In this document: positions 1 through 9,873 of the stretch, piece by piece
Position numbering within the stretch: the stretch's first letter is position 1
Layout: every line of letters begins with the position of its first letter
From: an uncultured bacterium
GTDB lineage: Bacteria > Chloroflexota > UBA5177 > JANWHV01
Direction of reading: 5' to 3'
NCBI GenBank assembly: GCA_963827235.1
Contig: CAWHAE010000012.1
Coordinates: forward strand, 928,001-992,000
Length of the DNA stretch: 64,000 nucleotides
The notes under the pieces: generated by a model
What the model was told of the DNA's origin: nothing
Databases searched by the model: none
The model's input: only the letters and a program-made list of their open reading frames with translations
Program-made: the position numbers and the translations under genes

Positions 1-205
1 GCCGCTCCTGTCGGCAGGGGTCGTGCCCATCGCCGCGGTACCGGGACCAAGCCGCCGCACTCCTGGCGGCACCGTCCGGGCAGGTTGCCGAGCCCACCGT
101 ATCAGCGGTGGGCTCGGCGGAAAGCCGGCAATTCAGGGCGGCAGGGAGTGCTCCGTCGCTATCGACGATCAGAACCGAGGCCCGTGCCGGCTCGCTCACG
201 TCCAT
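1..205 (-). CDS. 5' part of a possible receiver-like protein (CpaE-like by context), runs off the window edge
   Basis: ATG at 205 preceded by GGGGA; translates MDVSEPARASVLIVDSDG (VLIVD is receiver beta-1-like); directly downstream of cpaB; degenerate. Confidence 0.3.
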   Translation of the reverse strand, partial: MDVSEPARASVLIVDSDGALPAALNCRLSAEPTADTVGSATCPDGAARSAAAWSRYRGDGHDPCRQER

Positions 206-220
206 TCCCCAATAGTTGCT

Positions 221-1228
221 CTACTTGACAGCCACCGTGGGCTGCGGCGTGAAGGTCGCCCTCGGCGTCACGAAGACGTTCGGCAGGCCATTGCCTTGCG
301 GCGTGCCCTTGGTCGAAGCCTCCGGCGTCACCAGGTATTCGGGGAATACCGCGTGCGTCTTCGGCTGCTGGACCTGACCCTTGACATCCTCGCCGGATAT
401 CAGCACGAGGTCGAGCGTGCCGTACGTATCTTTGACGTATTTGAGCAGCAAAGCGTCCTGCAACGTCACGGCGAGGGTGAATGTCTGGGTACCGCCGCCG
501 GCCACAGGCGGAAGACCGACCGCAACGACGCGCGCATCGGTGATGATCTGCTGGGTGTCGATCGGTCCCTTCCAATTCGTGCCGGGGTCGCTGGCGGAGC
601 CACCCGACTGCGGCTGGGGATCGGAGTTCCGGCTATCAATCTCGTGCTGCCGGATACTCAAGAGCAGGTCCACCGAATCGCCGGGCTGGATATGGGCGTC
701 GTCCGACTGCAGATTGGTGACCTGCACTGTCTCGGCCACTCGCCCGGCCGGAACAGACCAGGAGAGGCTATTCGGCTGCGGCACGGGCAGCACCACGTAG
801 TCGGTGGTCAACAGCGCGCTCCGCGCGGTGATCGCCTTGGTGATCTGGATGTCGTTCAGGAAGAGGTTGGCCGTCTCGGAATACACGTGCGTGTAGTTCG
901 TGATCCAGTCGTGGATAGAGGTCACGCGGTCGGGATCGGGCGTGGCCTGGGCCGGAACAGGAACGTCCTCGAAATACTGGTTGATCTTATCTATGCTGTC
1001 CAGCTTGGTCAGCGGCGGTACCTGATACTTGGCCACGACGTAGTGGGGACCCGGCGTTGGGGTAAAGGTCGGCACGACCACGACCGGCGTGGTGACCGCC
1101 GGTCCGCTTGACGTGCTGTTATTCGACTGCTTGCTGAGCACGAGCACCACTATGACGAACGCTACCACCGCGAGAATAGCGCCGATCAGCAGCTGACCTC
1201 TGCTGCTTCGCAACAATTGCATTCCCAT
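221..1228 (-). CDS. cpaB: Flp/Tad pilus assembly protein CpaB/RcpC (SAF domain)
   Basis: N-terminal TM, SAF-like YVVAKYQVP, RcpC-like SLSWSVPAGRVAETVQV...IQPGDSVDLL...ITDARVVAVG...TLAVT. Confidence 0.75.
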   Translation of the reverse strand: MGMQLLRSSRGQLLIGAILAVVAFVIVVLVLSKQSNNSTSSGPAVTTPVVVVPTFTPTPGPHYVVAKYQVPPLTKLDSIDKINQYFEDVPVPAQATPDPDRVTSIHDWITNYTHVYSETANLFLNDIQITKAITARSALLTTDYVVLPVPQPNSLSWSVPAGRVAETVQVTNLQSDDAHIQPGDSVDLLLSIRQHEIDSRNSDPQPQSGGSASDPGTNWKGPIDTQQIITDARVVAVGLPPVAGGGTQTFTLAVTLQDALLLKYVKDTYGTLDLVLISGEDVKGQVQQPKTHAVFPEYLVTPEASTKGTPQGNGLPNVFVTPRATFTPQPTVAVK

Positions 1229-1331
1229 CCTCCATTTCCGTTCACAGACTAGCTATTCGTCGCCTCAGACCGACAAGCTCCGACTCCAGCAGTACGTTCT
1301 GTCCAACCGGCACTCAGTTCTCGCGCTGGCT

Positions 1332-2027
1332 TTACCCCTTGATCCAGCCCTGACGCATCGCATATACCACTGCCTGCGTGCGATCGTTGACGGCAAGCTT
1401 GCGCATGATCGACGTGATATGGTTCTTGACCGTTTGATCGCTGATGCTCATCGCACGAGCGATCTCCTTATTGCTGTTACCTTTCGCGATGTAGTCGAGC
1501 ACCTGGACTTCACGGCTCGAAAGCGGGATATACAGCGGCTCAGCCTCGTGGTCGACCTCCTCTGCAAGGTCTCGGAACGACTTCAGCACTTTGGAAGCCA
1601 ATACGGGCTTGGCAAGCACACTGTCGTTGATCAGGTATTCACCCGCCGCGACACGCCGGAGGACGCGACACATGTCTTCTATGCCGATCGTCTTGAGCAC
1701 GTACGCAGCGGCACCGTACTTGATGGCGTAGAAAAGCTTCTCCTCGTCGTCGCGATTGGTCATCACCACTACGCTAATGTTGGAACCCCTGCGCTTCAGC
1801 TCCCGAATCGCCTCGAGCCCGTCTAGCCCTTCAACCTCGGCGTTCAGCAGGACGACGGTCGGTGCCAGCTCTTCCACCAGGCGAAGGCCATCTCTCCCGT
1901 TCGACGCCTCGCCCACGATGTCCAGCTCCGGGTCCACTTCCTTGACCGTGTGGCGCAGCCCGGCACAGAAGAGCGGCTGGTCATCAATGATCAACACGCT
2001 GAGATTGTCTGCCGTGTCCTTTTCCAT
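1332..2027 (-). CDS. NarL/DegU-type response regulator (receiver + LuxR HTH)
   Basis: VLIIDDQPLF receiver; LSSREVQVLDYIAKGNSNKEIA...TVKNHITSIMRKL LuxR HTH; GGGGAG before ATG 2027; the phospho-acceptor position reads VVLLN rather than D. Confidence 0.9.
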   Translation of the reverse strand: MEKDTADNLSVLIIDDQPLFCAGLRHTVKEVDPELDIVGEASNGRDGLRLVEELAPTVVLLNAEVEGLDGLEAIRELKRRGSNISVVVMTNRDDEEKLFYAIKYGAAAYVLKTIGIEDMCRVLRRVAAGEYLINDSVLAKPVLASKVLKSFRDLAEEVDHEAEPLYIPLSSREVQVLDYIAKGNSNKEIARAMSISDQTVKNHITSIMRKLAVNDRTQAVVYAMRQGWIKG

Positions 2028-2226
2028 CCATCGCTCCCCGATAGGCAGGCCTACCTGCATGGGACGCCAGCCACCGCCGCGAGCGGCACGGCCTCACTGC
2101 TCAGGCTGCGCGCCGTGACCAATCATGCCCGTAGCATAGCCGAGCATTGGGGGAGACACAATAACACAGTTGGTGGTTTCATGCCACAAACATGGGCTAT
2201 CCGAGCCCATTTCAGACCCGGCATTC

Positions 2227-3828
2227 CTATCCGATAGGAATGCCATACCCACCCCCGGGGCGGGGGTTGGCGTAGATTGCGTACTCTCCGGCCCGGTAGA
2301 CAAGGCGCCAGTGAGCCTGCGCGTAGAGGGTCAGCGCGCGCTCCGGGCGGTTCTCGGCATCGAACCGTCGTGTAAACTCGTCCACGACCAGGAACGTCGC
2401 CGCGGGCAGGCTCGTGTCGTAGACAAAGCGGGAGCGATGCAACCCATCCGGGTAGAATGACGTGCCCGTGCCGTAGATGGCAACTGCCTGCAGAAGGTCC
2501 GCCGTCTTGCAGTGGATCAGCCACGCTTCTTCCGGCATGATGATCACCAACGAGGATGGCGAGACGCGGCGATTCACCCACGCTGCCATCGCGCGGGCAT
2601 CCGCGGTAGATCGCGGAAGCAGTGAATCGAGGGCGGTCTTGAAGCGTCCGTTCACTGCCGCCACGTCGCCGGCAAGCATGGAGAGCGCGAACGGCGTGAG
2701 CAACAGAACATAGGCAAGCACCGCTCGACGCCGGGCCCGGCGCCGAGCCTGCGCGCTGTAGCCCGTCTCATCCAGCGCGGGGATGAGAAGGAACGACAGC
2801 ATCCGCCAGCAGCCGAGGAGCACCGTTCCCACGCCGATAGCGAGCAAGGGCAGCAGCGGCTCCGCGGCCCTGAAGTACGGCGACGGATCGCGCACGGCGA
2901 GGACGATGATCAGCAGTATCGCGGTGAGTGCCACCAGCGCATGCCTCGTCCTGCCGCCGCCGGTGAACAACAGCCCCACCAGCCCAACGGCGATCAGCGG
3001 CTCACTCTTCAGGAGATCGGCGAGGCGGGTCGCCAGGGTGACCGGGTCGAAGTCCAACCGCGTGGCCGAGTGCCGTACGTCAAACAGGAATTCGCTCCGC
3101 CGGACGATGAGCATCCAGGCGATGTAGGTGATCGGCGCCATCGCGGTGCCGGCCGCGGCAGCCGCTACTGCCCGGCCGCCGCGGGACCACAGCAGGATCG
3201 CTACGGCGGGCACAAGCGCTATCGCTTCCTGGTCCGTGGCCAGTGCCAGGCCGGTGAGCAAACCGGCGCCGAACGGCGCAGCGTACCTTCCGAGCAACGA
3301 CCGGACACGCGATGCGCCGAGCAGCAGCGTGTTGGCACTATTGTCCCCGGTGCCGTCGAGAAGCGCGATCCACAGAGCAACGGGGACGAACAGCGCGAGC
3401 AGATTGTAGGTGTACGCCCAGCGCTGCTGCACGGCGGCAAGTGGCCAGATAATCAGGAAGACTGCGGCCGCCAGCCCCAGGCCGTGTCCGCGCAGCCGGA
3501 CGCCCAGACCGTAGACCGCCAAGGCTGTCAGCACTCCGCACGCACCCGCCACCACGCGTAGCGCGATCAGGTCGTGCGTCCACAGCCTGATCAGCACCGC
3601 ACCGATCAGGTAGAACAGCGGTGGGTGCTGCACGAATGCGTACCGCAGGCCAAACATCTGCAGCCGGCCCGCGGCCAGATTTGAGGCGATGTTCCAGTTG
3701 TAGCCTTCGTCGCCGTCCCAGCCGGGGTTGTTGGCCAAGTTCGCAAGACGGAGGTACACGGCCAGCAGCAGCAGTCCACCGGCCAGGCTCATTCTGAGCA
3801 GCCCGGCACGGTCCACCGCCTTAGGCAC
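2227..3828 (-). CDS. ArnT/PMT-family (GT-C, GT39/83-like) membrane glycosyltransferase
   Basis: WDGDEGYNW after TM1, QHPPLFY motif, many TM helices; GTG 3828 overlaps the upstream stop. Confidence 0.75.
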   Translation of the reverse strand: MPKAVDRAGLLRMSLAGGLLLLAVYLRLANLANNPGWDGDEGYNWNIASNLAAGRLQMFGLRYAFVQHPPLFYLIGAVLIRLWTHDLIALRVVAGACGVLTALAVYGLGVRLRGHGLGLAAAVFLIIWPLAAVQQRWAYTYNLLALFVPVALWIALLDGTGDNSANTLLLGASRVRSLLGRYAAPFGAGLLTGLALATDQEAIALVPAVAILLWSRGGRAVAAAAAGTAMAPITYIAWMLIVRRSEFLFDVRHSATRLDFDPVTLATRLADLLKSEPLIAVGLVGLLFTGGGRTRHALVALTAILLIIVLAVRDPSPYFRAAEPLLPLLAIGVGTVLLGCWRMLSFLLIPALDETGYSAQARRRARRRAVLAYVLLLTPFALSMLAGDVAAVNGRFKTALDSLLPRSTADARAMAAWVNRRVSPSSLVIIMPEEAWLIHCKTADLLQAVAIYGTGTSFYPDGLHRSRFVYDTSLPAATFLVVDEFTRRFDAENRPERALTLYAQAHWRLVYRAGEYAIYANPRPGGGYGIPIG

Positions 3829-5563
3829 TGTGCGCCACCCGGCGAAACACGTCCACGTCCTGCAGATCGTAGACCAAGACAAAGCCGGGAATTCGGCCCA
3901 GCTCGACGCTTCCCGGCGCTCGCTCGAGCGGGCTGTATACCACCAGTGTGACGTGCTCTCGCGTGACAAGCGCGCTCAGCGCCTTCAGCGCCGCGCCCTG
4001 GCTCCGCGCGCGATAGAAGCGCCACACTTCGGCTTGCCGGAACGCGAGGTTGAACGTCTCGAAATTCTGGCCGACCACGACATGGCAGCTACAGCTACCC
4101 GGCACCAGATTGCCGAAGTTCATGCCGGCCAGTACAACGTCGGATTCAGTCGCATGGTCGCCCAGCCAGCTCACCGCATGCGCCACGCCGGCCGGCGTGT
4201 AGTAGCTGTCGTCCAGCCCCGAGGCGGCAACAGCGGTGTACAGCGCAAGCAGCAGAGGCGTCGAGAAGACCAAGAGGCTGGCCGGTATCGCCGGCAACAC
4301 CCTGACGCCGTCCTTCACGCCGCCTGGTCCGGCGAGCCACAGGAAGCCAAGCAAAGCCAGCGGCACACTGAGCCCCAGCTCCTGGCGTCCCTGCTGCCAA
4401 ACAGGCAGCGTGATGGTACACAGGTTGGCCAGGATCCAGAGAAGCGGGAACCACGTGCTGGCAATCGACATGGGATCCGAGCCCGGCCGCGGCATGCTTG
4501 CCAGGGTGCGCACACCGCCGTAGGCCGCCAGGGCAAGAGCCGCGTATGCAAACAGGAGCAGCCCGGCGCTTGGCACGGCGACCTGAGCCAGCCCGCTGTG
4601 ACTCCAGAGCCGGTCGCCGCGAAACACGGCCACGTAATAGATGCCGAGCAGTCCCGCGGGCAGCAGAGCCACCGCGGTAGGGCGCACGACGGAGAAGAAG
4701 ACCTTGCCGGCGCGCATTGTCTTCTTCGGAGCCGCCGCCGCCGGCCGTGTATACCAGGCGCTACGGGCAGCCACCACAGCGTAGACCAGCAAGACAAGTC
4801 CAACCGTGGGCAGGAGGAAGGGATAGGATAGCGCGAGCAGCAGAAACCAGGCCGTGGCGCTGCCGATGAGGTGGGAGCGCTTGCGCGTGGCGGCCGCGTA
4901 GGACTTTCGCGGCGCCCAGAGAGGATTGCGCGCCCCGGTCGCGCGGAGCATGCAGACGAAGCCCATCAGCTCGGCGGCCAGCCCAAGACTCTCGTGTGGT
5001 GAGTTCAACAGGGTCATGCCTGGGCTGAGCTCGGGAGCAGTAAGGGCCGCGACGTCCACCAGCCGGGGCACGACCCCGCTCAGAGGAAGCGCCAGCCAGT
5101 ACAGGCCCCCGGCAAGTATGACGAACAGCCAGCACGCCCGCAACGCATTGCGCCCCACGAAGAGCGAGCAGAACTGCGCGATGGCAAACAGCAGCACGCC
5201 GCCGCAGAGCACGCGCACGATCTGGTAGACGGCGTCGGGCGAGACGCCCGACAGTATGTGTCCGGCGAGGATGTAGGGAAAGTACATCAGGAGGTGCGAT
5301 GCATGGTCCGGCGAAAACTGATTCGTGTAGCGCCACGCACCCTGCGATCCCTGGCGAATCGCCGCCAGGTATTGGCTCAAGTCACCGGTGTTGTTCAGCG
5401 CGCCCAAAAACGTCTTGCCCTGCGGAGCCAGGAGGTATCCACAGAGATAGGGCACCAGGCTGAGAGCCAGCGTCAGCAGGCCAAGACCGAGAATCCGGCC
5501 GGGTTGCACCGGTCTCCGCGGCCGTGCGGCAGTTCGGGCTCCCGCCTCGCTTCCGCTAGCCAT
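3821..5563 (-). CDS. Polytopic membrane protein, probable GT-C glycosyltransferase
   Basis: GDLSQYLAAIRQG loop, more than 10 TM helices, C-terminal soluble domain (AVSWLGDH...VVVGQNFET). Confidence 0.6.
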   Translation of the reverse strand: MASGSEAGARTAARPRRPVQPGRILGLGLLTLALSLVPYLCGYLLAPQGKTFLGALNNTGDLSQYLAAIRQGSQGAWRYTNQFSPDHASHLLMYFPYILAGHILSGVSPDAVYQIVRVLCGGVLLFAIAQFCSLFVGRNALRACWLFVILAGGLYWLALPLSGVVPRLVDVAALTAPELSPGMTLLNSPHESLGLAAELMGFVCMLRATGARNPLWAPRKSYAAATRKRSHLIGSATAWFLLLALSYPFLLPTVGLVLLVYAVVAARSAWYTRPAAAAPKKTMRAGKVFFSVVRPTAVALLPAGLLGIYYVAVFRGDRLWSHSGLAQVAVPSAGLLLFAYAALALAAYGGVRTLASMPRPGSDPMSIASTWFPLLWILANLCTITLPVWQQGRQELGLSVPLALLGFLWLAGPGGVKDGVRVLPAIPASLLVFSTPLLLALYTAVAASGLDDSYYTPAGVAHAVSWLGDHATESDVVLAGMNFGNLVPGSCSCHVVVGQNFETFNLAFRQAEVWRFYRARSQGAALKALSALVTREHVTLVVYSPLERAPGSVELGRIPGFVLVYDLQDVDVFRRVAHSA

Positions 5564-5760
5564 CAGCCGTATCTCCGGCCACAACTGTCCTCGGTCCGGC
5601 CGGCGCAAGCAAGTGCGCCCGTGTTCGCCACGGCTTCAGCGGGAATTCGCGTTCCAGCCGTGGGCACGCGTGACAGCTGCCTTCCCTGTTGACGGAGGAC
5701 GAGTAACCTTCACCCAATCGGCGATCGGCACGGGCACCGGCCGTGCCCACGGCAGCACGC

Positions 5761-7344
5761 TCAGCCGCACCCATGCCGGTTACCCGTGGCCACGAAGAGC
5801 CGGCTGACCGAGTCGTGGTAGACCAGCCTCCACCCCGGCGTGCGCTGGAGCACCGCTGCAATGCCTGCGCCAGGCTCGACCAGCGCATAGCACAGGCGGT
5901 TGGAGGAGAACAGCGACTGCCAGGAGCTGTTCCCCTCCCAGGCCTGGATATAGTGGTCCATGAAGGCGTCGCCGTACATGTCCGGCCGTCCATCGACGTA
6001 AACATGCCGCTCCGGGTACCAGTTCCAGATGAGGAAGCCGCCCCAGTTGTAGTAGTCGAAGCCCCTGAGAGGAACTCTGTGGGTGTCCATATATTGCAGC
6101 GCGCCAACCGGATACATTGTAGCTACCGAGTGCCGTTGGCTGCTGTCGCTCAGCTTCCCGGCGCTCGACACGGCGACGAGCAGCGCGATGGCTGCCACCG
6201 CGATGAGGTTCACGATCGCTCTGCCCTGCGGAGGAGGTCGCACGGCCCGAGTGCGGCTGTAGCTTTCCGGTAGCGCCGCCATGATGAGCTCGGCGATCAC
6301 GGGTGCCGCCAGCACGGCGAACAGGCTGATGTTCCTCACCGACTCGAAGGCCAGATACAGGAAGGGAAGCAGCAGGGCGACGTCGGCCAGACGCGCGCGG
6401 CGCGGCGCGGCCAGGGCTGCGACAAGCAGCAGCAGCACGAGCGCCTCGAAGAGCAGATACTGCCCCTGGTGAAAATCGGGAGACACCCACTCGGCTATGT
6501 AGCGGGTAGAGGCATTGTTACCCAAATAGGACGCAGGATAGAGCGCGCCGGAGAGGCCGTTGGGATTCACCAGCGTGGCCACGGCCGCCAACACCAGAAC
6601 CCGGAAGCATCGCGGCAGGTCTACCACCGAACGCACCGCCCGGGCAAGCATCGTGCCGCCGCCCTGCTCGATCCCTGCACCCAGCGGCCGAAGCAAGTCC
6701 TGCAGCGCATATCCCGCGGTGCCGAGGCACAGCAGGGCGAGGCCAAAGATGAAGCCGCCGTGAAGATTGACCCACGGCACCATCGCCGCCGCCATCCAGT
6801 ACGGCGGGGCGGGCCGCCTCTGCACGACCATGCGCGTGATGCCCAGCCCGAACAGCGCCATCAGCAGCAGAGAGAGTGTCTGCGGCCTCGTGCCCCACGT
6901 GTGCGCGGAGGCCAGCGCGGCCAGCAGCACGATCGCGGCACTCAGATAGGCGGGCGCCCCGCGCTCACGAGCCGTGACATAGACGATGCCGAACGTGACC
7001 GTGGTAACGATAGCCGTGGCGAGCATGAGCAAGCGGAAGCCGCCCAGACACCAGCCGCCATAGAACAGCAGCTCGGTTACCCACTCGTGCGTGATCCAGG
7101 TGTGATTGAGCGCCGTGAGCGAGAAGATGTCGTGATGGGGAATGACCTGGCTGTTCGCCATATAGCGGCCGGTCGCCAGGTGCCACCAAAAATCGGGGTC
7201 GTCGACCGGTTTCAGCGCTACGGCGAAGATCGTCAGCATGCAACAGGCCACGGCAACGCCGCCGAGACCGATGCGCATGAAGGCCAGCCGTTCCCTGCCA
7301 GGCTCTGCCACCCGCTCGGTGGGGTACACGGCGCTCTCGGCCAC
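5761..7344 (-). CDS. Polytopic membrane protein, probable GT-C glycosyltransferase
   Basis: DPDFWWHLATGRY, HEW, RPQ, WVNLHGGF, YNWGGFLIW, VDGRPDMY motifs; many TM helices. Confidence 0.65.
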   Translation of the reverse strand: MAESAVYPTERVAEPGRERLAFMRIGLGGVAVACCMLTIFAVALKPVDDPDFWWHLATGRYMANSQVIPHHDIFSLTALNHTWITHEWVTELLFYGGWCLGGFRLLMLATAIVTTVTFGIVYVTARERGAPAYLSAAIVLLAALASAHTWGTRPQTLSLLLMALFGLGITRMVVQRRPAPPYWMAAAMVPWVNLHGGFIFGLALLCLGTAGYALQDLLRPLGAGIEQGGGTMLARAVRSVVDLPRCFRVLVLAAVATLVNPNGLSGALYPASYLGNNASTRYIAEWVSPDFHQGQYLLFEALVLLLLVAALAAPRRARLADVALLLPFLYLAFESVRNISLFAVLAAPVIAELIMAALPESYSRTRAVRPPPQGRAIVNLIAVAAIALLVAVSSAGKLSDSSQRHSVATMYPVGALQYMDTHRVPLRGFDYYNWGGFLIWNWYPERHVYVDGRPDMYGDAFMDHYIQAWEGNSSWQSLFSSNRLCYALVEPGAGIAAVLQRTPGWRLVYHDSVSRLFVATGNRHGCG

Positions 7345-7456
7345 GCTATCTCCGGTCGGCCACGTAGTACAGCCATTCGCGGCCAGTGGGCCGCGCTTGG
7401 CTCAGTCTAGTCCCTCGTGGCATGCCCTTCAATAGGTCGAGAGGTCATTATGGCAT

Positions 7457-8554
7457 TCAGGCAGGGCCGGATCCCACGGCGGGCGCCGTGCCTCCGCGGG
7501 CGAGCATGTCCGCCATGAGCGAGGTCGCCTCCTCGGCCCGGTGGCAGGCCACGAAGTGGCCGGGCACCACGTCGCGGAACTCCGGCTCCTCGACGGCGCA
7601 GCGCTCGATCGCCAGCGGGCAGCGCGTGCGGAAACGGCAGCCGCTGGGAGGATTGATCGGGCTGGGCACGTCGCCCTGCAGCACGATGCGGTTCCTGCGC
7701 ACCAGCGGGTCCGGGTTAGGAATAGCGGACAACAGGGCCTTGGTATAGGGGTGCAGCGGATTCTTGTAGAGCTCGTCGCCGGACGCCAGCTCCGCCATCT
7801 TCCCAAGGTACATCACGCCGACCCGGTCGGAGAGGTACTCGACCACCGAGAGATCGTGCGCAATAAACAGGTAGGTGAGCCCAAACTCGTGCTGGAGATC
7901 CTCAAGCAAGTTGAGCACCTGACTCTGCACGCTGACGTCCAGGGCACTCACCGGCTCGTCGCACACAATGAACTTCGGGCGCAATGCCAGGGCGCGCGCC
8001 ACGCCGATGCGCTGCCGCTGCCCGCCGCTGAACTCGTGCGGATACCGGCGCACATACTCCTTGCGCAAGCCCACCACGCTGAGGAAGTACTGCACGGTCT
8101 TCTCGCGCTCCCGCCGATTGTGCATGCCGTGCACGCGCAGGCCCTCCCCGATGATGTCGCCTACCGGCATGCGGGGATTGAGCGAGGAGTACGGGTCCTG
8201 GAAGATGATCTGCATGTCGCGACGCCGGGCCTTCATGGCCGACGAGCTCAGCATGAGGACGTTTTGCCCTTCGAACACGACTTCGCCGCTGGTGGCCTTC
8301 TGCAGGCGCAAGATCGTGCGCCCGGTCGTGGTCTTGCCGCAACCGCTTTCGCCGACCAGCCCGAATGTCTCACCGCGTTTGATATCAAAGGAGACGCCGT
8401 CAACAGCCTTCACTTCGCCGACTCTGCGGCGAAGCACACCGCCCAGAATGGGGAAGTAGGTGCGCAGTTGACGAACGCTCAGCAACACCTCGTCGCTTTC
8501 GCCACTCCTGCGAGTAGCCTCACGTTCGGCAGTCTGCTGCATGCTGTTCACCAC
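7457..8554 (-). CDS. oppF: Oligopeptide ABC transporter ATP-binding protein OppF/AppF
   Basis: Walker [18 protein letters not shown] signature, [10 protein letters not shown]-terminal HPYT...GCRFRTRC domain. Confidence 0.95.
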   Translation of the reverse strand: MVNSMQQTAEREATRRSGESDEVLLSVRQLRTYFPILGGVLRRRVGEVKAVDGVSFDIKRGETFGLVGESGCGKTTTGRTILRLQKATSGEVVFEGQNVLMLSSSAMKARRRDMQIIFQDPYSSLNPRMPVGDIIGEGLRVHGMHNRREREKTVQYFLSVVGLRKEYVRRYPHEFSGGQRQRIGVARALALRPKFIVCDEPVSALDVSVQSQVLNLLEDLQHEFGLTYLFIAHDLSVVEYLSDRVGVMYLGKMAELASGDELYKNPLHPYTKALLSAIPNPDPLVRRNRIVLQGDVPSPINPPSGCRFRTRCPLAIERCAVEEPEFRDVVPGHFVACHRAEEATSLMADMLARGGTAPAVGSGPA

Positions 8555-8803
8555 CCCGGCAATTCGTACAGTGATCTCTATAAATAGATAGCTCTTGCTG
8601 CCGATCGACTGGCAGCGCTCGACTGTTGCCCTACCGCGCCGTAGCGCGTCTGCCCTGAGTAATCGGACGGCAGCGTCGCCACGACTGCGATCGACCGGGC
8701 CGCAGGCGCCGCGGGGCCCAAGCTCTCACCATGGTGTGCCGCCCTGCCATGACCGTGCAGAAACAGGTTGGAACCACGCCATTAGTGTACCAGCCGCGCA
8801 CGC

Positions 8804-9811
8804 TCAGTACAGCCAGCACTTGACCTTGATCCCGCCCTCGACGGTCTTGAGCTCCGGCTCCTTCTCCGTGCAGACCCCCATGACCTGCGAGCATCGAGGG
8901 GCGAACGGGCAGCCCTTGGGCAGGTTGAGCGGGCTTGGCACGGTGCCCGGAATGACGTACAACCGCTGGTTCTTCACGCCGAGGCTCGGAATGGAGCTCA
9001 GCAGGCCCACCGTGTACGGGTGTTTGGGATTCTTGAGCACGCTGATCACGTCGCCCTGCTCCACGACCTTGCCGGTGTACATGACGATGACCTCGTCGGC
9101 CATCTCCGCCACCACGCCGATGTCGTGCGTAATCAGCAGCACGGCGGTGTTCACGCGCGTACGGAGATCCTTGATCAGCTCGAGGATCTGGGCTTGAATG
9201 GTCACGTCGAGCGCGGTGGTCGGCTCGTCCGCGATCAGCAGGCTTGGCTGCAGCGCCAGCGCCATAGCAATCATCACACGCTGCCGCATGCCGCCGCTCA
9301 TGTTGTGCGGATGATCGTGGATGCGCCGCTCGGGCGAGGGGATGCCTACCATGCGGAAGAGCTCGACCACGCGCGCATCGGCCTCCTTCCTGGAGACCTT
9401 TCTGTGCACGCGAATGGCTTCTCCGACCTGATTGCCCACGGTAAAGACGGGGTTGAGGCTGGTCATGGGCTCCTGGAAGATCATGGAGATGCGGTTACCG
9501 CGGATGTGACGCATCTGCTCTTCGGAGAGCTTCACCAGGTCCTTGCCGTCGAACATGATCTGTCCGCCGTCGATCCAGCCGGGCGGGTCGATCAGGCGCA
9601 TGACCGAAAGGCTCGTCACGCTCTTGCCGCATCCCGACTCGCCGACCACGCCGAGGGTCCGGCCAGGAGCGATTGCCATGTCCACGCCGTCCACGGCTTT
9701 GACGACGCCGTCCATCGTCTTGAAGTAGGTCTTCAGCCCGGACACCTCAAGCAGGTTGCCGGAGGCGTCGGAGGCGGCGCTGGATTGCCTGGAATCGATG
9801 CTGACGCTAAT
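8804..9811 (-). CDS. oppD: Oligopeptide ABC transporter ATP-binding protein OppD/AppD (probable ATT start)
   Basis: [28 protein letters not shown]...GCPFAPRC; the frame extends above GTG 9745 to include NLLEVSGL; SD GAGGAGGT lies 6 nt before ATT 9811. Confidence 0.93.
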   Translation of the reverse strand: MSVSIDSRQSSAASDASGNLLEVSGLKTYFKTMDGVVKAVDGVDMAIAPGRTLGVVGESGCGKSVTSLSVMRLIDPPGWIDGGQIMFDGKDLVKLSEEQMRHIRGNRISMIFQEPMTSLNPVFTVGNQVGEAIRVHRKVSRKEADARVVELFRMVGIPSPERRIHDHPHNMSGGMRQRVMIAMALALQPSLLIADEPTTALDVTIQAQILELIKDLRTRVNTAVLLITHDIGVVAEMADEVIVMYTGKVVEQGDVISVLKNPKHPYTVGLLSSIPSLGVKNQRLYVIPGTVPSPLNLPKGCPFAPRCSQVMGVCTEKEPELKTVEGGIKVKCWLY

Positions 9812-9873
9812 CGGAGAACCTCCTCGATCGACTTGAGTTTACATAATTCTAACAGACCGCACTCTGTGGCGCG

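Noticed and set aside
8555-8803. 250-bp gap between oppD and oppF
   Set aside because: No repeat, hairpin or credible ORF was seen
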